Of a DNA stretch of 64,000 nt, positions 48,038 to 58,301 are shown in pieces. Where the stretch lies: contig MFFQ01000023.1 in the NCBI GenBank assembly GCA_001780165.1, positions 5,215-69,214 on the forward strand, in the 5' to 3' direction. The position numbers and the translations under genes are program-made. This DNA is from Candidatus Eisenbacteria bacterium RBG_16_71_46. Lineage in GTDB: Bacteria; Eisenbacteria; RBG-16-71-46. The notes below the pieces were generated by a model. It searched no databases, was not told the origin of the DNA, and was given only the letters and a program-made list of their open reading frames with translations. The stretch's first letter is position 1; every line of letters starts with the position of its first letter.

Positions 48038-49849
48038 TCAGTGGCCGCCGGCTCCCACCGCCGCCGCCTGGAGGCGCTGCTCCAGCGCCCCCAGCTCGTC
48101 GCGTAGGCCCCGAGGAAGCTTCGAGCCGAACCGCTCGTAGTGCTTGCGGATGGCCGGCAGCTCGGCGATCCAGCCCTCGACGTCCACGCGCAGCAGCTCC
48201 GCCATCTGGGCGTCCTGGATCCGCAGCCCCGAAAGGTCGATCGCCCCCGGCGCCGGCAGGCGGCCGATCGGCGTGTCCACCGCCTTGCCGGTTCCGGCCA
48301 CGCGCTCGAAGATCCACTTGAGCACCCGACTGTTCTCCCCGTAGCCGGGCCACAGGAAGCGGCCGTCGTCGTCCTTGCGGAACCAGTTCACGTAGAAGAC
48401 CTTCGGCAGCTTGGCCGCGTCGGTCTTGGCCCCCACCGCCAGCCAGTGCGCGAAATAGTCCCCCATGTGATAGCCGCAGAACGGCAGCATCGCAAACGGA
48501 TCGTGCCTCAGGTTGCCGACCTTGCCGGCGGCGGCGGCGGTGGTCTCGCTGCTCATGATGGATCCGAGGAACGTGCCCTGCCGCCACGAGGTCGCCTCGT
48601 TCACCAGCGGCACGACTCCCGCGCGCCGGCCGCCGAACAGCACGGCCGAGATCGGCACGCCGCCGGGCTTCTCCCAGTCCGGCGAGATCACCGGGCATTG
48701 CCGCGCCGGCGTGGTGAAGCGGGCGTTGGGATGCGCGGCCTTGCGCGTCGCCTTGGGCGTCCAGGGGCGGCGCAGCCAATCCACCAGCTCGAGGGGCGGC
48801 GTCTCGGTCATCTCTTCCCACCACACGTCCCCGTCCGGTGTGACGGCGCAATTGGTGAAGATGGAGTTCGCCTCGGCGGCGCGCATGGCGTTGGGGTTGC
48901 TCTTCAAGCTGGTGCCGGGAGCGACGCCGAAGAAACCGGCTTCGGGATTGATGGCGTAGAGCCTGCCGTCGGCGCCGAACTTCATCCACGCGATGTCATC
49001 GCCGACGGTCTCGATCTTCCAGCCCGGCAGCGTCGGGTTCATCATCGCGAGATTGGTCTTGCCGCAGGCCGACGGGAACGCCGCCGCGACGAAGATCTTC
49101 CGCCCCTCGGGGTTGGTGAGCCCGAGGATCAGCATGTGCTCGGCGAGCCACCCTTCGTCCCGCGCCTGCACCGACGCGATGCGGAGCGCGTGGCACTTCT
49201 TGCCGAGCAGGGCGTTGCCGCCGTAACCCGACCCGTAGGACCAGATCTCGCGGGTCTCGGGGAAGTGGCAGATGTACTTGTTCTTGGGATTGCACGGCCA
49301 CGGCGAGTCGGGGGCGTTGGCCTCGAGCGGCGCGCCCACCGAGTGCAGCCCTTTCACGAACTCGCCGGCGGCGCCGAGCGTCTCCAGCACCCGCGAGCCG
49401 ACGCGGGCCATGACGTGCATGTTGGCGACGACGTAGGGCGAGTCCGTGATCTCGATGCCGATCTTCGCGATCGGCGACCCGATCGGACCCATGCTGTAGG
49501 GGATCACGTACATGGTGCGGCCCTTCATCGCGCCGCTGAACAGCGGCGTCAGGGTCCGCTTCATGTCCGCCGGGTCGCGCCAGTTGTTGGTCGGGCCGGC
49601 GTCGTCCTTGCTCCGCGAGCAGATGAACGTGAACTCCTCGACGCGGGCCACGTCGCCGGGGTCGGATCGCACCAGAACGCTGTTGGGGCGCTTGCCCTGA
49701 TCCAGCCACAGGGCGGTGCCCGCCTGCACCATCAGGCGCAGCATGGTGGCGTACTCCGGCTCGGAGCCGTTGCACCAGACGACCTGCTCCGGCTGACACA
49801 TGGTGGCGACGTCGTTCACCCAGGCTTCGAGCAGCTCATGTTGGCTCAT
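48038..49849 (-). CDS. pckG: Phosphoenolpyruvate carboxykinase (GTP)
   Basis: ...[13 protein letters not shown]... kinase-1a motif, PEPCK-GTP blocks throughout; 603 aa from internal ATG. Confidence 0.9.
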   Translation of the reverse strand: MSQHELLEAWVNDVATMCQPEQVVWCNGSEPEYATMLRLMVQAGTALWLDQGKRPNSVLVRSDPGDVARVEEFTFICSRSKDDAGPTNNWRDPADMKRTLTPLFSGAMKGRTMYVIPYSMGPIGSPIAKIGIEITDSPYVVANMHVMARVGSRVLETLGAAGEFVKGLHSVGAPLEANAPDSPWPCNPKNKYICHFPETREIWSYGSGYGGNALLGKKCHALRIASVQARDEGWLAEHMLILGLTNPEGRKIFVAAAFPSACGKTNLAMMNPTLPGWKIETVGDDIAWMKFGADGRLYAINPEAGFFGVAPGTSLKSNPNAMRAAEANSIFTNCAVTPDGDVWWEEMTETPPLELVDWLRRPWTPKATRKAAHPNARFTTPARQCPVISPDWEKPGGVPISAVLFGGRRAGVVPLVNEATSWRQGTFLGSIMSSETTAAAAGKVGNLRHDPFAMLPFCGYHMGDYFAHWLAVGAKTDAAKLPKVFYVNWFRKDDDGRFLWPGYGENSRVLKWIFERVAGTGKAVDTPIGRLPAPGAIDLSGLRIQDAQMAELLRVDVEGWIAELPAIRKHYERFGSKLPRGLRDELGALEQRLQAAAVGAGGH

Positions 49850-50052
49850 GGCGTTGGCCTTTTCGTGACTGCGGTGAAGCGCCGTCCGGACGCGCACGCT
49901 CTCGCGCGCTTCCGGCGATAGGCGCCATTGCGATGGCATGCCGGGTCCGGTTCGAGAACCCGACGCCGGGAAAGCCCGGTCGCTCCTCGCTGCGACCTGT
50001 CCTCCGGGCGCGCCGCGGCCCGGCAGGCCGCCCGGTGTTCCGCCGCCGGCGA

Positions 50053-51357
50053 CTACCCCCGCTTGGCCATCGGCACGTACGCCCGCTGGGTGGCTCCGGT
50101 GTAGATCTGGCGCGGGCGAGCGATCTTGGTGTCGGGGTCGTTTCGCATCTCCAGCCACTGCGCGATCCAGCCCGGCATCCGGCCCATGGCGAACATGACG
50201 GTGAACATGTTCATCGGGATGCCCATCGCCTTGTAGATGACGCCGGAGTAGAAGTCGACGTTGGGATAGAGCTTGTGGCTCACGAAGTAGTCGTCCTTGA
50301 GCGCGATCTCCTCGAGCCGCATCGCGATGTCGAGCATGCGGCTCGCGCTCTTCATCCGGCCGATCACCTCACCGCAGGCCTTCTTGAGAATCGCGGCGCG
50401 CGGGTCGTAGCTCTTGTAGACGCGGTGCCCGAAACCCATCAGGCGGGTGGTGTCGTTCTTGTCCTTGGCGCGGTTGAGGAAGACCTCGGCGCTGCCCTCC
50501 TCCGCCGCGATCCGCTCGAGCATCTCGATGACCTTCTGGTTCGCGCCACCGTGGAGCGGCCCCCACAACGCGCTGATGCCGGCTGAGACGCTGGCGAACA
50601 GGTTGGCGCGCGAGCTGCCGACCATGCGCACCGTGCTGGTGGAGCAGTTCTGCTCGTGGTCGGCGTGGAGGATGAGCAGCAGGTCGATCGCCCGCGCCAG
50701 TGTGGGGTCCACCTCGTACTCCTCGCAGGGCGTGGCGAACATCATGCGCAGGAAGTTCGACGCGTAGTCGAGCCGGTTCTGCGGATACATGGACGGCTGC
50801 CCGATCGAGTGCTTGTACGAATACGCCGCGATGGTGGGCATCTTCGCGATCAGTCGGACGATCGCATCGCGGAGGTTGTCTTCGGTTTCGGGATCCTGGT
50901 AATAGGTCGCCAAGGCCCCCACCGCCGCGGCCGCCACCGGCATCGGATGCGCGTCCTTCGGCATGGCGTCGAAGAAGCGGTCGAAGTCCTCGTGGAGCAG
51001 GGTGTGGTGCGTGACGTCGTGGGTGAACGTGCCGAGCTCCGCGCGGGTGGGAAGCGCGCCGTGGAGCAGCAGCCAGGCTACCTCGAGGAAGCTGCTGTGC
51101 TGGGCCAGGTCATCGATCGGGTAGCCGCGATAGCGCAGGATGCCCTTCTCCCCGTCGATGAAGGTGATGGCGCTGCGGCAGGAGCCGGTGTTGGCGAAGC
51201 CCGGATCCAGGGTGATCATACCGGTCTTGGCGCGCAACTGCTGGACGTCGACTGCGGTTTCCCCTTCGCTTCCCCGCACGACAGGGAGGGTGAGCGACTT
51301 TCCGTCCAGGCTCAGCGTGGCGCCGGCTTGGGTCTCCGGGGTGGTTTGGGGTGCCAT
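50053..51357 (-). CDS. gltA: Citrate synthase
   Basis: ...[14 protein letters not shown]... catalytic His region; AAGGAG 7 nt upstream of ATG. Confidence 0.9.
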   Translation of the reverse strand: MAPQTTPETQAGATLSLDGKSLTLPVVRGSEGETAVDVQQLRAKTGMITLDPGFANTGSCRSAITFIDGEKGILRYRGYPIDDLAQHSSFLEVAWLLLHGALPTRAELGTFTHDVTHHTLLHEDFDRFFDAMPKDAHPMPVAAAAVGALATYYQDPETEDNLRDAIVRLIAKMPTIAAYSYKHSIGQPSMYPQNRLDYASNFLRMMFATPCEEYEVDPTLARAIDLLLILHADHEQNCSTSTVRMVGSSRANLFASVSAGISALWGPLHGGANQKVIEMLERIAAEEGSAEVFLNRAKDKNDTTRLMGFGHRVYKSYDPRAAILKKACGEVIGRMKSASRMLDIAMRLEEIALKDDYFVSHKLYPNVDFYSGVIYKAMGIPMNMFTVMFAMGRMPGWIAQWLEMRNDPDTKIARPRQIYTGATQRAYVPMAKRG

Positions 51358-51486
51358 GGTGGTTCTCCTTGAGCAAGGCGTTATCGCCTATGGACTCCGG
51401 CGGGCCGGCCCCCGCTCCGCGAAACCGGCCCGCCGCTCGAACGCGGCGGTCGCGCGCGGCCGTGGAACTGCCGCGCAGCGTCGAAC

Positions 51487-51516
51487 AGAGTACAAGGAAA
51501 CGAAACGAGGGCAAGA
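51487..51516 (-). promoter_or_regulatory. Candidate gltA promoter on minus strand (TTGCCC -17- TACTCT) leaving a ~190-nt structured 5' leader
   Basis: Hexamers read from the reverse complement; weak. Confidence 0.2.
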
Positions 51517-51755
51517 GCCGTACCGGTGCGGGTATCCGGCGCGCCGCTCCCGCTTTCGCGCGTCCGGCCGCAGAGTTAGCCCCGCTCGGCGCCCGTGGGG
51601 TAGCCCTCTCGTGGCCCCCTCGCGCGGGAGCACCGGTCAATCTGTCAGGAGCGAGGCGATTCCGTCAGCCGGCGGGACTCGGCGGCGAGGGCTACCCGCC
51701 GCGCGGGGCTCGCCACCGGCCGGTTCTGGGCGCCGCCGTGGAACCCGGACCGGCC

Positions 51756-53135
51756 TCACGCGGCCGCGGGCGCGGAGGCCGGTCGGGCCCGCCGGTCCGC
51801 CCATGAGTGGAGCGCCCGCGCGTAGGCGGCGGCGGCCACGGCGATCAGCAGGGGATCCATCGGCAGCCGGTAGCGGGTGGCCGAGATGGTCGCGGCCTGC
51901 GTCGCCGTGAACAGCAGGCAGAACATCGCGATCAGTCCCAGCATGCGCCGCTCAGCGGCCGGCGCCCGGCGAAGTCCCGTGAAGAGGTAGAGGACCACAC
52001 CCGAGAGCACCACGATCCAGTGCAGGACCTGGACGCGGACGAAGAAGGTATCGGTGCGCCGGTAACCGCTGAGCGCCGCCCTTCCGCCGCGATCCACGAG
52101 CTCCGCCTTGCCGAGCGGGGTCGGCCAGGGCGAATGGAGCGCCAGGGTCTTCACCGCCACGCCTTCGAGGAACGCGAGCGGGTGCCCGCGGATGTAGTCG
52201 AACGCCGCCGCGCGCAGCGCCCGGTCCCGCGCCACCTCGTCGTCCGCGGTACCGCGCGCACGCAGTTCGCGCTCGATCCACGGCTGATAGGCGTCGAGCC
52301 AGACGTAGGGGCAGAGCGTGAGCAGGTCGGGGTTGTTGCCCTTGTAGACGTTCTCGCCGCCGGTGGTGGAGGACAGCAGGGTGGCCACTCCCAGCTCGCG
52401 ATGAAGCGTGAGCTGCCACGGCAGCGCCACGGCGAGGAACGAAGCCCCGGCGAGCGCGGCGCCAACGGCCGCCGCGGGCCAGCGGCCGCGCCGACATTCC
52501 CGCGCCAGCACCGGGATCAGCAGCGGCAGCAGCAGCCACCCGGTGGGGCGCGTGAGGTGCGCCAGCCCCGCCAGCATCCCCAGCCCGGCGAGGCGCGCCC
52601 GCGGGCGATCCGCGCGCGCGAGAAGATAGAAGAAGCCCATCACCAGCGCGACGAACAGCGGCGTCTCGATCTGGGCCAGCACTTCATTCCAGTAGAAGAA
52701 GTCGCCGAGGTAGAGCAGGGCGGCCGCGATCATCGCCAGCCGATCGTCGAACACGCGCCTGACGAACAGCAGCAATAAGACGCCCGTGGCCAGGGCGATC
52801 GCCGACTGCGTGACGGCGGCGGCGGCCAGCCAGTGCGTCCCAAACGCCCACTGGTGCGCGGCCAGGAACAGCGGGTAGAGCGGCGGACGGTAGGCGGTGA
52901 AACGCACCCCGTCGAGGGAGTAGAGGCCGCGCTCGAGCAGGTTGCGCGCGAGCGTGCCGTAGCTCGGACTCCCGCCGTATGCGCCGGCGCGATCGAGGAT
53001 GCGGACCGCCCGCGCCAGGTAGATCCCCTGCACCGCGGCCATCACGAGCGCGAGGCCGGCTGCGCATCGGCCGAAGCTCAGGCGGTCGAGGCGGTCGAGC
53101 GCGCGCCCGAGGAACGAATCGGATCGCCCGGACAT
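51756..53135 (-). CDS. GT39/ArnT/PMT-like integral-membrane glycosyltransferase
   Basis: About 12 TM segments; N-terminal loop with RxxxxxDG; 459 aa. Confidence 0.6.
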   Translation of the reverse strand: MSGRSDSFLGRALDRLDRLSFGRCAAGLALVMAAVQGIYLARAVRILDRAGAYGGSPSYGTLARNLLERGLYSLDGVRFTAYRPPLYPLFLAAHQWAFGTHWLAAAAVTQSAIALATGVLLLLFVRRVFDDRLAMIAAALLYLGDFFYWNEVLAQIETPLFVALVMGFFYLLARADRPRARLAGLGMLAGLAHLTRPTGWLLLPLLIPVLARECRRGRWPAAAVGAALAGASFLAVALPWQLTLHRELGVATLLSSTTGGENVYKGNNPDLLTLCPYVWLDAYQPWIERELRARGTADDEVARDRALRAAAFDYIRGHPLAFLEGVAVKTLALHSPWPTPLGKAELVDRGGRAALSGYRRTDTFFVRVQVLHWIVVLSGVVLYLFTGLRRAPAAERRMLGLIAMFCLLFTATQAATISATRYRLPMDPLLIAVAAAAYARALHSWADRRARPASAPAAA

Positions 53136-53199
53136 CCCGCATCCTCCCCCGCGCCACTCCCGTCGGGCGATCGGCGCCGCGCCGCCCGACGGGCCACGC

Positions 53200-54438
53200 T
53201 CACGTTGCGGCCGCGGCCCCGGCCGCGACCAGCCGCAGCGTGTCGCGGGCGATGAGAAGCTCCTCGTTGGTCGGAATGACCAGGACGTTCACCGGGGAAC
53301 CGGGCGCAGAGATCTCCCCCTCCCGTCCCACCGTGTCGCGGTTGCGGCCCGGATCGAGGCGCACCCCCATGAACTCGAGCCCGGTCAGCGCGCGCTCGCG
53401 CACCGCGGCGGCGTTTTCGCCGATCCCGCCGGTGAGGATCACGGCGTCCGCCCCGCCCATCGCGCCCGCGTAAGCGGCGACGTACTTGCGCAACCGGTAG
53501 CAGAACAGGTCCACGGCCAGCCGGGCCCGCTCGTGTCCCTTGGCCTCCTCGGCCAGCAACTCCGCCATGTCGTTCGACACCCCCGAGATGCCGAAGAGGC
53601 CCGAGTGCTTGTTCAAGAGGGTGGTGGCCTGGTGCTCGCTGAGATCCTCCTTGTGCATCACGTAGAAGATGAGCGCGGGGTCGAGATCGCCGCAGCGCGT
53701 CCCCATGAGCAGGCCCTCGAGCGGGGTGAAACCCATCGAGGTGTCCACCGAGCGACCGCGGTCGACCGCGCACACGCTCGCCCCGTTGCCGAGATGGCAG
53801 GTGATGAGCCGGGTCTCCGCCCGGGGCCGGCCCAGCAGCGCCTCGGAGCGCCAGGCCACGAAGCGGTGCGAGGTGCCGTGGAATCCGTAGCGCCGGATCC
53901 CGTGGCGCTTGTAGAGGACGTAGGGCAGGCCGTAGAGGAATGCGTGGGGCGGCATGGTCTGGTGGAAGGCGGTGTCGAACACCGCCACGTGCGGCACCCC
54001 GGGCAGGATCTCCTTCGCCGCGAGGAATCCCCGCAGGTTGTGGGGATTGTGCAGCGGCGCCAGCTCGATGCACTCCTCGATCTGCCGGACCACCTCCGGC
54101 GTCATGAAGACCGAGCGCGCGAACGCCTCGCCGCCGTGGACCACGCGGTGACCGACCGCCTCGATCGCCCCCGAGTGCTCCACCACCCCCGACGCCGGGT
54201 CGGTCAAGGTGCGCAGGATCTCGGCGATCGCGGCGCCGTGTTCCAGGATCTCGCTGACCGCGGAGATCCGCGGGCGGCCCTCGGGCCGGTAGGTATGGCT
54301 CGCGCTCTCGCTGCCGATGCGCTCGACGATGCCCTGTGCGAGCGCGCGGTCGGCATTGGCCGCGATCGCCTCGAGCGTGGTCTCGATCAGCTGGTATTTC
54401 ACCGACGACGAGCCGCAGTTGAGGACCAGGACCTTCAT
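53200..54438 (-). CDS. ackA: Acetate kinase
   Basis: MKVLVLNCGSSSVKYQL N-terminus; ASKHA fold blocks. Confidence 0.9.
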   Translation of the reverse strand: MKVLVLNCGSSSVKYQLIETTLEAIAANADRALAQGIVERIGSESASHTYRPEGRPRISAVSEILEHGAAIAEILRTLTDPASGVVEHSGAIEAVGHRVVHGGEAFARSVFMTPEVVRQIEECIELAPLHNPHNLRGFLAAKEILPGVPHVAVFDTAFHQTMPPHAFLYGLPYVLYKRHGIRRYGFHGTSHRFVAWRSEALLGRPRAETRLITCHLGNGASVCAVDRGRSVDTSMGFTPLEGLLMGTRCGDLDPALIFYVMHKEDLSEHQATTLLNKHSGLFGISGVSNDMAELLAEEAKGHERARLAVDLFCYRLRKYVAAYAGAMGGADAVILTGGIGENAAAVRERALTGLEFMGVRLDPGRNRDTVGREGEISAPGSPVNVLVIPTNEELLIARDTLRLVAAGAAAAT

Positions 54439-55367
54439 CGTGCGCCTTCCACCGGTCGGATGCGCTCGTAACCGCGGTAGAGGAAGAACCCACGCCCGCT
54501 CTTGCGGCCCAGATGACCGGCGCGCACCATCTTGCGGAGCAGCGGGCAGGGACGGTACTTGACGTCGCCCAGCTCGCGGAACAGGTGCTCCATCCAGCTC
54601 ATGACCGTATCGAGCCCGACGCGGTCGGCGAATTCGAGCGGGCCGAGCTTGAACTCGAAGCCGAGCCGCAGCGCGAGATCCACGTCCTCCGCGCTCGCCA
54701 CCCCCTCCATCACGATGTACATCGCCTCGTTGAGAAACGGCACGATGGCGCGCGTCACCACGTAGCCCGGGTACTCGGACACCCCGATCGGGGTCTTCTC
54801 GAGCACGCGGGCCAGCTCCAGCGCCGTGGCGTAGGTCTGCTCCGAGGTCTCGACCCCGCGCACGATCTCGACGATCGGGCTACGCGGCACCGGATGAAGG
54901 AAGTGCATGCCGATGACCCGATCCGGACGGCCGGAGGCGGCGGCGATCTCGGTGATGCTGAGGGTGCCGGTGTTGGTGATGAAGATGCGGTCGGGCGGGC
55001 AGAGCGCCCCGAGACGGCGCATGACGTCCTGCTTGACCTCGAGGTCCTCGTTCACGGTCTCGATCACGAGGTCGGCCTGCGCCAGCTCCTCGAGCCCGGC
55101 CACGAAGCGCACGCGGTTGAGGATCACCTTCTTCTCGGACAGGGTGATCCCCCACTTCTCCAGCTCGTGGTCGAGGCTGGCGACCAGCTCCTCTCGGGCG
55201 GCACGTGCCCGAGGCTCCGACACCTCGGCCAGCACGACCGCGATCCCGCTCGACGCCACCTTCTCCGCGATCGAGCGGCCCATGACCCCGCCGCCCACCA
55301 TACCCAGTGTCCGGATCTCCAACGGTCTGCCTCCTCGCGTCCCGCCGCCGGGGACGGCGCGGACCAT
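54435..55367 (-). CDS. hbd: 3-hydroxybutyryl-/3-hydroxyacyl-CoA dehydrogenase
   Basis: ...LGMVGGGVMGRSIAEKVA... Rossmann, ...HFLHPVPRSPIVEIV...; ATGA-coupled to ackA; TTG at 55322 after GAGGAGG is an alternative start. Confidence 0.85.
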   Translation of the reverse strand: MVRAVPGGGTRGGRPLEIRTLGMVGGGVMGRSIAEKVASSGIAVVLAEVSEPRARAAREELVASLDHELEKWGITLSEKKVILNRVRFVAGLEELAQADLVIETVNEDLEVKQDVMRRLGALCPPDRIFITNTGTLSITEIAAASGRPDRVIGMHFLHPVPRSPIVEIVRGVETSEQTYATALELARVLEKTPIGVSEYPGYVVTRAIVPFLNEAMYIVMEGVASAEDVDLALRLGFEFKLGPLEFADRVGLDTVMSWMEHLFRELGDVKYRPCPLLRKMVRAGHLGRKSGRGFFLYRGYERIRPVEGAR

Positions 55368-55539
55368 CCCGCTCCCGGCAATCGCCGCCGGGCATTCTAT
55401 TCAATCCGGGCGGCGATTGCCCGTCGCCCGGGCATCGCCCGGGCGTCGCCCGGGCGGATGGCGCCAGGCCTTCGCTTGCACTACTCTTGGAGACTCCGGC
55501 CGTAGACCATGACCGATCCCCCGCAGAGGATCGCATCCC

Positions 55540-56420
<881 letters not shown>

Positions 56421-56424
<4 letters not shown>

Positions 56425-56888
56425 CCGGCGTGCCGGTTCCGCTCGCGGAGGTGCTCGAGGACATTGCCCACCTCGATCGCCGCGAACGCGCGGAGACTCT
56501 GATCGATTACGCGGACCGCTTCCGCGAGGTGCCGCCCGCTGTCGCGACGCGCCCGTTCCCCGAGCAGCACCGCGTGCCGGCCTGCGAGTCGGACGCCTTC
56601 GTGTGGTCGAGCCCGCGTCCGGATGGCACGCTCCAGTTCCATTTCGCGGTCGAGAACCCGCAGGGGATCTCGGCGCGGGCCCTGTGCGCGCTGCTCGACG
56701 AGACGCTGAGCGGACAGCCGCTCGAGCAGGTGGCGAAGGTCTCGCCCGAGATCGTCTTCGCCCTGTTCGGCGCCGAGGTGACGATGGGCAAGGGCCAGGG
56801 CCTGATGGGTATCGTGGACCTGGTGACGCGCGAGGCGCGGCAGCGACTCAGCGCAGGAGAAGCGCCACCACGATGTCGATCGCGATGA
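56421..56888 (+). CDS. sufE: SufE-like sulfur acceptor protein
   Basis: ...[10 protein letters not shown]... conserved Cys loop; ATGA-coupled to the rhodanese gene. Confidence 0.7.
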
Positions 56889-58005
56889 GCACCACGATCG
56901 CCACCTCCAGCAGCTCCGTGCGCGAGGCCTGCGCCAGAGCGTTGAGCATCCCGTAGGTGTCGCGCAGGATGCCGAGCTTGCGGTCCACGCCGCTGCGCCA
57001 CACGCGCCCGCGGAACACGTCGAGCGCCGCGGCGTAGATGCGAGCCAGGTAGACGTCGTTGGTCACCTTGAGCGAGTTCTCCACTCGCTCGATCACGTCG
57101 GTGGTGTCGGCGACCAGCGCCTGGAGCTCGGCGAGCAGCCGCGGGAAGCGCCGTCCGACGCGGCCCCACAGGGTCCGCCGCACACCTGCGATGCGCTCGT
57201 ACACGCGCCGCAGCTCCGTGTCGAGCACCGCGTCAAAATAGCGCAGCTCGAGCAACTGCGCGTTGGCGAATTCCAGGACGTACTCGACGTCGGCATCCTC
57301 CGGCGACGGCTCGACGATCAGCGCGTTGTTCCAGGTGAGGATCGCGAGATCATCCGGATAATACGAGAAGCGGTGCGGCAACAGCTCGCGGCGCGCGGCC
57401 TCCGACAGGGCCCGCCGCTCGTCGAGCAGCAGCGGCACCAGCTCCTCGTCGTGCAGCGCCCCCGGCGGGAGCGGCTCGCCATTCTCCGCGAGCAGGCGGC
57501 GGATGCGGAAAACGACGTAGTCCTCGCTGACCGGCGCCACCGCCGGGCGCGCGATGGCCGGAGCGATGCGATCGAGGAGCGGGACCAGGTGCTTCTGCAC
57601 GATCGGCGTCCAGTTCACCCCGACGTCCACGCTGTTGCCGAAGGCGGTGAAGTCGGCCCACGAGGGCTCCCCGGGAGCGCTGACCGCGAATCCGATCGAG
57701 ACCACCCCGAAGTCGAACAGTCGGGCCGAGACCTCGACGTCGCACGACGCGCCGCCGACCACGACGCGCTCGGTCGCGAGCGAGATCGCGACCGGCGGAT
57801 TCTTGATCCGAATCGCCTGCGCCTCGCTGCGCACCGGCCGCTTGCGCTCGGGGGCGCTCGAGGCCAGCAGGTGGGATGCCTGCTGCAGGTCGAGCTCGTA
57901 ACCGACGTCGAATTGGCGGTAGACGACCGCGGCGCCAGCCTGGACCCGCAGGCCTCGGGGCCGGGCCGCGGATGGGGCGGGCGGGGTCTGGGCGAGCGTC
58001 ATCAC
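56848..58005 (-). CDS. Hypothetical protein with C-terminal TM helix, DUF155/RMD1-like
   Basis: ...DVYLARIYAAALDVFRGRVW...[21 protein letters not shown]-terminus; 385 aa. Confidence 0.45.
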   Translation of the reverse strand: MMTLAQTPPAPSAARPRGLRVQAGAAVVYRQFDVGYELDLQQASHLLASSAPERKRPVRSEAQAIRIKNPPVAISLATERVVVGGASCDVEVSARLFDFGVVSIGFAVSAPGEPSWADFTAFGNSVDVGVNWTPIVQKHLVPLLDRIAPAIARPAVAPVSEDYVVFRIRRLLAENGEPLPPGALHDEELVPLLLDERRALSEAARRELLPHRFSYYPDDLAILTWNNALIVEPSPEDADVEYVLEFANAQLLELRYFDAVLDTELRRVYERIAGVRRTLWGRVGRRFPRLLAELQALVADTTDVIERVENSLKVTNDVYLARIYAAALDVFRGRVWRSGVDRKLGILRDTYGMLNALAQASRTELLEVAIVVLIAIDIVVALLLR

Positions 58006-58301
58006 GCCTCCGGGACGGGGTGAATGCGCGCGCGGGCGCGCGGGTGGGATCGGGGTCGCGGCGGGAGCGGCGACGACGTTGCTCCGCCGATCCCCGGACG
58101 CTCATGCTTTCACTTCGCCCGCCACCTCCGCAACCCCACCCCGCGGCGCCCTCCGTCCAGTCGATCCACGGGATCGCCGGGTGGCGTCCGACCCACGATT
58201 TCGGCTAGTGTTGTTGTCGTCCGACCAGGTCTCCACCGCCCCATCCGCCCGACCGGTTCCGCGGGGTGCCGCCGAGGGGCCATCGTCGCGGAGGAAACCC
58301 C